A stretch of DNA of 62,787 bases, the filler included, from Choristocarpus tenellus KU-1152 (lineage: Eukaryota > Protista > Phaeophyceae), in assembly GCA_964200185.2 (NCBI GenBank). It is 10 parts of 10 records of this genome, joined end to end, with 100 filler letters (N's around TTAATTAATTAA, not from the genome) between each part and the next. Parts side by side here need not be neighbours in the genome. Positions count along the whole stretch, not along the records: positions 54,925 to 58,357 come from CAXNAD020020059.1; positions 58,458 to 62,787 come from CAXNAD020015088.1; 8 more parts are not named here. One strand, given 5' to 3'. Of the stretch, positions 54,925 to 62,787 are shown piece by piece. The translations under genes and the position numbers were made by a program. The notes under the pieces were generated by a model that was not told where the DNA came from, ran no database searches, and saw only the letters and a list, made by a program, of their open reading frames with translations. Position 1 is the stretch's first letter, and every line of letters begins with the position of its first letter.

Positions 54925-57900
54925 CATCGTATGCAGCCACCGTAAGGCTGAATGATCAGTGATTACTGTGAAATGTTTACCCCAAATATATGGTCTCCAA
55001 TGTTGTATTGCCAGAATAACTGCAAGGCACTCTTTTTGTGTGGCAGAATATTTACGTTGGGAGGGGGAAAGTAAGGCACTATGGTATGCAATTATATCAA
55101 AATTGTCATCGTCATTTTTATGTGCTAAAAACGCCCCTGTCCCAACAATACTGGCATCTAAAAGAAAAAATTCCTTAGAAAAATCAGGAAAGTGTAGCAC
55201 TGGAGCCTTAGATAACAGTCGTTTGCATTCGTCAAAAGCAGTCTGCTGTGGTCGATTCCATCTAGATGAGATATCCTTGTGGTCTTTCTTTGTTCAATTT
55301 ACCGAAGTAGACTCTTTGTGTGACTTTATTTGTTGTGTATGGCGAATTAATTTAAACAACGGTTCTGTTGCTGTTGCTAGGTGGGGAATATACTTCCTAA
55401 CAAAGTTCATTGAACCTAAAAGCGATTGTAAGCCTTTCACAGTTTGAGGAGGGTGCATCTCTAATATAGCTTCAATGCGAGCTTGGGATACAGCAATTCT
55501 TTGTGGGCTAACATCATGTCCCAAATAATGGATTTTTTTGGAGCCAAATTGAGCCTTGGACGGCTTTAACGTAACCCCTACATCTTGTAGCATTGACAAA
55601 ACTGTAGTGATCAACTGTTTATGGTGTGTCCATGATGGAGAGGCTAAAACAATATCATCTAAATATACCAACAACCCTGAGCTAGGACCGATACTGGAAC
55701 TGGTTTCAGACATAAAGAGTTGGAAGATTCAAGGTGCATTTTGTACTCCAAATGGTAACATCTGAAACTCATAGTTCCCATCCGGCGTGAAGGCAGTTTT
55801 TTGTCGGTCGCATTAATCAGTTATCGGTGGTTGCCAGTAGGCTGATTGAATATCTAAACGAGATAAATATTTTGAACCCCCCAATGTGGATAAGCACTCA
55901 TCCATGGATGGCAACGGTCATGAATTACGTATCAGATGTTTAGTAATGGTCCCTCTAAAATCCATACAGAATCGAGGTGATCGATCTGGTTTGGCAACAA
56001 TGGTAGCAGGGGATGCCCATGGGCTAGATGAGTTTTTTATAATACCCTGATTCTCCGTATCAGTTACACATTGTCGGATAGTGTCGAGTATTTTTGGTGC
56101 CGCGCGATACGGTGGTCTACTAACAGGTTTAGTGCCTGGTTGTAGTGGAAATGTAACAGAAGTAGTGGTAGAGCAACCTAATTCTTTTTCAGACAATGAA
56201 AAGACTGGTCTGAATTGAGTGACTATATCTAGTAATTCCTCTCGTTCAGACAGTGTCAGTTGAGTATTTGTAAAAGCCTTCTTAGAAAAACCAACTTCAA
56301 TTCCTCCCTAGGCTGTTTCAGTCTTCAGGGGTAGATGGTGTGGCTGCAACTGCACTTACTGTGGTGTCTGACAAGGTATATGTTTTTGATACAGGGGAAA
56401 CATAACCAACTACAAACTCTGCTGGTAACTTGATCCCTTTTTGTGACAAATTGGCAATTTTGACTAGACATCCTCCATCTTCTTCCCAAACAGAGAGGGT
56501 ACAACTGACCATTATGTGTTGCCAGTGGGGATATATGTCGTCCTCATGATGGAGGTCCGTGCCAGTGTAAATGATAGGTTGCACTACTGCATCGGTAGCT
56601 GTTCCTCGCAGTGCCTGACAACACACTGGAACAAGTGTTTCCGTGCCAGGGGGAAGGAATATCTTTTTTACTGTGTGCACTGGTGTATTAAATTCAGATC
56701 TGATCACTGAAATTGAAACATGAGATGCATTTTCAGTCTGGCAAAAATCTTTTGGGGGGGAACAGATGGGAAGGGGTACGATTTTGTGTTTTGCTGGAAT
56801 GCATTGATCACTGTCTTTAAATGACATCTCTCTATCCCAATCTAGCACTGCCCCAAATGCCAACATAATGCTGTTATCCAAAAAAAAATTATCTACTCCG
56901 AGATTAGGTATGACCACTGCTTGGACAGGCATTGCTGTGTCACCAAGTTGTAATGTAAATTGAATGAAACCAGTTACATAGAGAGGTCTACCACCTGCTC
57001 CTTTATAATTCAGAGCACCTGCTGGAATCTCCCGAATTTGTGCCTTGCAAAGTGTTGGGTGGGCTTCAATGTATCTGAGAGATATTACTGGAATGTCAGT
57101 GGCAGTATCAACAGTAATGCTCATTAAAGGTTCATTTTCAACATACCCAGGAATTCGTACGCGGCGAGATGAAACATTTAGCACGCGAGGGGAGTTAGAA
57201 TAGTGTTGGATTGCTGATGTGTGCCAACAGTATGTTAAAATGGAACAACACATTTCAGACGTAACAGATATGCCACCCACATCCAAAATTGGTTGTGAGG
57301 AAAAAGAAAGAGCAGATGCAACAGTTGTTACATGTCCTGCTTGTGGCAACTTTTGGTGTGCTGACCTTGAGTATTTACAGTGTTGGATCTTAGTTGCTCT
57401 CTCACATCTGAGTCTGCCCAAAACACTAAGTCCCTAGTTTTCTTTGACTTCCTAACCTTAAAGATTCCAGGGAAACAGAATCAGTAGGGCATCTCTATAT
57501 TCATTCATTTCTCACTCTCTCCTCCTGTGGTTGGAGGAATAATAGAGATTTCTGACAGGCAGTGCCTGTTTTGATCACCAATAAAAGCTGACAAATTGAA
57601 CGCTTTTTGTGGGTGTTGTAGCTATACATGAGGGAAATGTCTAACCCATTTTTGAAATTCGGCAACAGGGGAATAGGACAAAGCCTGTGTTCCAGAACTC
57701 ATGGGATAAGTCTTTGTGAGAAAACATATCATGATCAAGGATCAAGTACTTAGCCCCAGTAAATATGGTCGAGGTAGGTAGGGTGGGACAACATACTCAT
57801 CTTCATATTTAAAGTTTGCATTGCCGCTGCCATCAAGCCTTGGTGGTGTGGAGTCCCCTCCGTAGCTTCATCGACGATTTTCTTGGCGAAGACCAGCTGG

Positions 57901-58357
57901 CGATTTAGGTACGCGTGGATATCGAACGTCACCTCCGCATTGTCTTCAATTTGTTCATGGTCGTTGCCCAGCACGCTGAACCGGCTGAGGCCCGACTTAC
58001 GAACAGGGCCTTCCCTCAGCCTTTGCGTCGCCATCCCGTCGTGCTCTAGCGAGCCACCAGGGATGCCTCTGTCCACCGCAATAGACGTGGGAGTCGGTGG
58101 AGGTTGGGTGTTTACACTACCCCCCCCATTACCTCCTTCAGTTGGCGTAGTATGGGTTGTCTTCTTCTTCCCCTTGCGAGTCGCAGACTTCTCTTTTGCA
58201 TTGCTGTTAGTGAGTGGCGTTGCAGCAGGTGTGGGGGTAGTAGTGTCCGACATAACGTGGGGTGAGTTAGCTCCCCTTGAACACGAGGCGTGAGTACCAC
58301 TGTGAAAGTGTCAAAGGTGCCAAGTTCTTTTTTGCTCAAGGGGGCAATCACAATCAC
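54925..58357 (-). mobile_element. Decayed Ty3/Gypsy element: 5' LTR end, PBS, gag, protease, RT, RNase H
   Basis: LTR end ..TTTCACA, then gTGGTACTCACGCC (PBS-like). gag ORF 58253-57750, protease TVDTAT, SPWASP..RFCMDFR, LVYLDD, LDASIVGTGAFL, HWRPYIWG..TDHSAL. Confidence 0.95.
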
Positions 58358-58457
58358 NNNNNNNNNNNNNNNNNNNNNNNNNNNNNNNNNNNNNNNNNNN
58401 NTTAATTAATTAANNNNNNNNNNNNNNNNNNNNNNNNNNNNNNNNNNNNNNNNNNNN

Positions 58458-58558
58458 AAACATTTTGGAGTAGAAAGATGTCATAAAAAAAAAACGGGAA
58501 GCCAAGCCCCAAATGGACAAACAGGGTAAAACTCGTACCCTCTAAGATACTTTCACTC
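58458..58558 (-). mobile_element. MITE family A, partial
   Basis: Ends TACCCTCTAAGATACTTTCACTC. Confidence 0.85.
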
Positions 58559-58652
58559 CGGGTTACAGGTGTTCCCTTTCCCTTGCAGTTGGGATGTGTT
58601 TCTCGGGACCCCAATCCCCATTTGGTCCCTTACAGTGAGTGAAAGTATCTCA

Positions 58653-58940
58653 GAGCCAAAGTATCTTAGAGGGTAGAGCCTTGTCCATTTGGGGGCCAAA
58701 GTCCGATGTTGCGATTTTGATGTAATTTTGGCTATTGTGCTAGATAGGAAGTGTCACTATCCATGTTCCCGACACACCTTTTCATAACGTATACAATTTA
58801 CCTACTCCGAAATATTTTGGAGTAGGTAAATTGTGTATGTTATGAAAATGTGTATCCGGAAAATGGATAATGACACTTCTTAACAAACATTGGATTTTGA
58901 TCCCCAAATGGACGTGGCTCTACCCCCTATACTTTGGCTC
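58653..58940. mobile_element. Symmetric (foldback) derivative of MITE family A
   Basis: Two right halves inverted about the internal CCTACTCC..GGAGTAGG hairpin. Confidence 0.75.
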
Positions 58941-59155
58941 CTTCATCACACCCGCTAAACTAAACTCTGAAGCTAACTCGCTTTGAATGACAGAGCTATC
59001 ACTATTGTATGATGTTGGAGTGGTGACCTGGACCGGCCTATCTGCATTCAGAGCGCTGCGGCGTCCCCCATCACCTTCCCCAATACACTTTAGTGCTTCC
59101 TCACACTCAGACCAAAATTTGGAGAGTTTCTTAGTGACGTGTGTGATGTAGACAT

Positions 59156-59394
59156 GGTTCATGACATTGAGGATGCTGTGAGTATGATGAAGAACGCTCA
59201 TACAAGTGCCGTTTCGAACCTCCTGGTCCAGCTGGGGGGCATTACTAATCTGTACTTTTCTGAGGTGTCGGGGACCTCCCATCCCCCTTTGAAAGATACA
59301 GATTAGTAATGCCCCCCGGCTGGACCAGAAGGTTCGAAATGGCACTTGTGTGAGTGTTCTTGATCTTACTCACAGCATCCTCGATGTCATGCAC
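59156..59394 (+). ncRNA. Long hairpin, candidate pre-miRNA/hpRNA
   Basis: ~105-bp arms (59156-59260, 59291-59394) and a ~30-nt loop. Most mismatches are G:U on the + strand. Confidence 0.5.
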
Positions 59395-59761
59395 CGGGGT
59401 TACGGTGCAGTCTGGTGCAATGATGATCCAGGTTGCATGCCTTGAGTCTGGAGCAATGGGAGCAATGGATGTCAGGACAAAGGATCGTCACGGACGGTTC
59501 CATGTGTAGGGACCTTGTGTTTCTGGTGTGTGTTTGTTACTGGGATGATGAGAACTCCCCTACATAAAATGAACTTAGAATTGCATTCATTTGGATTTTT
59601 TGCTTGTGCGCTAGATATATTTTCAAAAGGGTGTACACACAATTCGAATTCTTCCTCTCCACCATCATACCATTATCAGGCGTGGCACAGAGTCTCTTCA
59701 GCAACCTCTGAAGTTTCTTTCCCATTTCATATGGTTCTTGAACTGCATATCAATACACCAT

Positions 59762-60020
59762 GGGCGAAAGTATCTTAGAGGGTACGCGTTTTGCCCTGTT
59801 TGTCCATTTGGGGCTTGGGTTCCCATGTTTATTTTTATGACATTTTTGTACTCCAAAATGTTTCGGAGTAGGTAAATTGTGTATGTTACGAAACGTTGTG
59901 TCCGGAACAAGGATATTGACACTTCCTAGCAAACACGAGAGCCAAAATTACATCAATATCGCAACATTGAATTTTGACCTCCAAATGGACACGACTCTAC
60001 CCTCTAAGATACTTTGGCTC
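59762..60020 (+). mobile_element. MITE family A (further fragments at 60136-60198 and 60571-60629)
   Basis: Full-length consensus copy. Confidence 0.85.
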
Positions 60021-60793
60021 ATATTCTGAAGGTATGTTTCAGAAAGAACAAATGTATACTCAGACTAGGCCAGGGGCAATCTGACTCTAACGGTATTCTG
60101 TGACCCTTGGGGAAAGTTTTCCCAGNNNNNNNNNNATCGCAACATTGAATTTTGACCTCCAAATGGACACGGCTCTACCCTCTAAGATACTTTGGCTCCA
60201 TCATACTTACGACTGTAACCAATATGAACTAGAAAGTTTTTTCCTTCATTCTCAAAGAAACAAATCATTTATCGTTCCTCTATCATGTGTCCCCTCTATC
60301 ACATGTCATTATCAAACGAAATTTATACTTGCTTGCCTTCATCTTCATTGCTATTGTTGAGGGCAACACCCTTTGAGAATGGGACGATCTTCACGAAGAC
60401 ATTGCCCTTCTCCACATTCCTCAACAATAATCTCCTCCTCGCCTTCCAAGATATAGGGTTTGGGTGGACGTTTGAAGTGAAAAGGGGGTCGTTGTGATTC
60501 GAATGGAGTTAGAGTTGTTATTTAAGTCTGAATATGTTTCGAGTCAATGGAGGAGACTAGCTGTGTTTAGAGTCAAGCCCCAAACAGACAAACAGGAGTA
60601 AACCCATACCCTCTGATATACTTTCACTCAGTGGGAGAGGAGCAAGTCAGCTACCCCTACGAGGTGAAATGGGAGAATGGCGAGGTGCGAAATATCCTGC
60701 TTCTTCAAAAACGATACAGTACGGAGCAAGATGCTGAGCCAAGGTCCTGGTTCTGGACGAGGCTAACATTACCATAATATAGAAGGGAGGATG

Positions 60794-61033
60794 GAGTCAA
60801 AGCATATTTGGGGGCCAAAATTCAATGTTGCTATTTTGATGCAATTTTGGCTATATCATGCTTGTTAGGAAGTGTCAATGTCCTTGTTCGGACACACGTT
60901 TTTTTAACGTACATGTTTTACCTTCTCCAAAATATTTCGGAGTAGATAATATGTCATAAAACCCCCCCGAGGGAAGGCCAGCCCCAAACAGACAAACCGG
61001 GCAAAAATCGTACCCTCTAAGATACTTTCACTC
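60794..61033 (-). mobile_element. MITE family A
   Basis: GAGTCAAAG...GATACTTTCACTC. Confidence 0.85.
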
Positions 61034-62484
61034 AAATAAGTGTTTTAAAGTAGGTATTTTGTACTAGATGGAACCTTGATTTATTGGAAATATAGTGAAG
61101 CTTAGATTTGGGATTCGCGTTGCCCAATTTTAGTACTTACTTCATGCACTTCGAATTACTCCATTATATCTCAAGAATCATCTCAGTGGCCCTGGGGAAA
61201 GCGTATAGAAGAAGAGTAGTAACAGATATGCAGTCAGTCTTACTCAACTATTTTCTGTGAGTGAAGCAAGTACCGTTCAGTTCGAGGATTCCTATCATTG
61301 TGACTGTTTGACTAAGAAGTATCATACGTACAAAGACTTCAAAGGATTTGGGCAACTCTTTGGTAACTTGGAACACGCCACCTCAATGTTTCACAGATAC
61401 CACGTAAGATGGGGGGAGAGATGGGCATGTTCCAGTTTGAACAGGAGGTGCCCGACTAAGTAAAGAGAGACCTCACGCATACTTTCAGCAGTGGTATCTT
61501 ATCCAACTAAGAAAATGAAAATTGTCAAATTAAATTATATGTGAGACAACTAGTAGGGGAAAATTTAAGTCGGGATGTCAGGGCTACATATTTTGGGGTA
61601 GTCAGAGGTTAGAAGAGATGTGCGGGTACTTATTGGGTGAGTTTGCGATATCTCTCACTCATCTACACCATATTGAAGACAGTGAACAGTGGCGAGATGT
61701 TGCTGCAAGGTCTGATCCACCCATCCAGCTTGTTAGGGGAAGACCAAGGAGATGAACACCAGGCACGATCGAAGGCTTCTCCTTAACTCTTGAAGTACTG
61801 CCTTTGTTTTCTGAAGGTGCACGACCACTAGGTGGTTGAGGATATCAACAAATTATCTTGTCAGGATGGAAGGTATGGCATTCACCCCCGCTGCTGCTAA
61901 AATCAGAGGTTGTGAGATCAAATCCTGGCTGCACCGCTTTCCCGACTCCCTACGGCAGGATAATAAAATGTGGTCCTGAGATTGATGAAGGTGGAAAGGA
62001 GAAGATTGAGATGACCTCTGGGGGATTGTGCGTGATATTAGTAGGGGAATGGCCCCCGCATTATGCTGGGTTAGTTCCGCAGTCTCTGATTTTGCTTTTA
62101 ACGAGACTATCTGCCCCAGTGGAACAGCGGTATCTCAATGATTTGAGAGTGATCCTCGGTAGGGACCACGAACACGAGCTGGGGGAGGACAAGAGTCAGG
62201 ATTTGGCCCCACACTAGCGAATCTTGCGACACTTGTGTGAACCTTCCTCACTGTTCTCCGATATTTGTGTAAATTTGCCTTTTGCTTCGACCAGTCGCTT
62301 GATGTGGTATGCGTCCACAAGATCTCGGAGCAAAGCGATGCATTAAACATTTGATTGTGAGGAGGAGTAGGTAAGATAGGTGAGCAAAACGATATGCTTC
62401 TAATTATAATGTAAGCGAATGAAACAGTGGTTGGTGGGAAGTGTAGGATCCTTCTTCTGATTAAATCATGGCACCAATCTGTCA

Positions 62485-62787
62485 TTATGTGCCTGAAGGT
62501 AGTCGTGTATTTACCACAGGTGTTCGAAAGGAATAAGATGAGTTATCAGCTTCTAACCTTGACCAAAGTAACGCCCGTCCAAAGTGATCGTGAACTATTT
62601 ACTAGTTCCACCACTGTATTTCCTGCAGTGGACCTGGAGCAATTGTGCAAGGAGCAGGAATCTGAGTTCGGACCATATTTCAGGTATTTGCAGTCCCCCA
62701 ACATCGCCCCACCATCTGACAAGGAATCAACGACGTCCATATCGTATTTTTTCCTTCGTAATGGCTTACTGTATCGTTCGTATTTAC
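62485..62787 (+). mobile_element. Gypsy pol fragment, same family as 18794-22530
   Basis: Close homolog of the reverse complement of ~19795-20095 (EQESEFGPYFRYLQSP..FLRN.LLYRSYL). Confidence 0.9.

Noticed and set aside
7603-58457. Recurring TTAATTAATTAA motif inside N runs
   Set aside because: Artificial six-frame-stop linker. Gene adjacency across linkers has no demonstrated biological meaning, so no gene-cluster claim is made.
60300-62480. Possible decayed TE sequence
   Set aside because: No diagnostic motif recognised, so left unannotated

Overview
Eukaryotic, intron-rich, TE-rich genomic DNA, probably a stramenopile such as a brown alga or relative (inferred from TTAGGG tracts, intron style and gene content). 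It is not one contiguous locus: ten contigs are joined by nine artificial ~100-bp N-TTAATTAATTAA-N linkers. Spliced host genes reconstructed by hand: a GCNA/SprT metalloprotease, a coiled-coil protein, the 3' end of glutamate-cysteine ligase, a harmonin-homology/PAH-like protein, two SUV3 helicase exons, an ABCB half-transporter, and an 11-12-exon gene fusing a PWWP-like domain to a Cdc6/Orc1-type AAA+ module with degenerate Walker A and B motifs (a possible Sir3-like chromatin pseudo-ATPase, the most notable item). Mobile DNA includes decayed Ty3/Gypsy elements, an RTE-like LINE, a Copia relic and about 20 copies of two related MITE families with 4-bp TSDs (Sola-like). Several foldback structures also occur, including a G:U-rich hairpin resembling a pre-miRNA.
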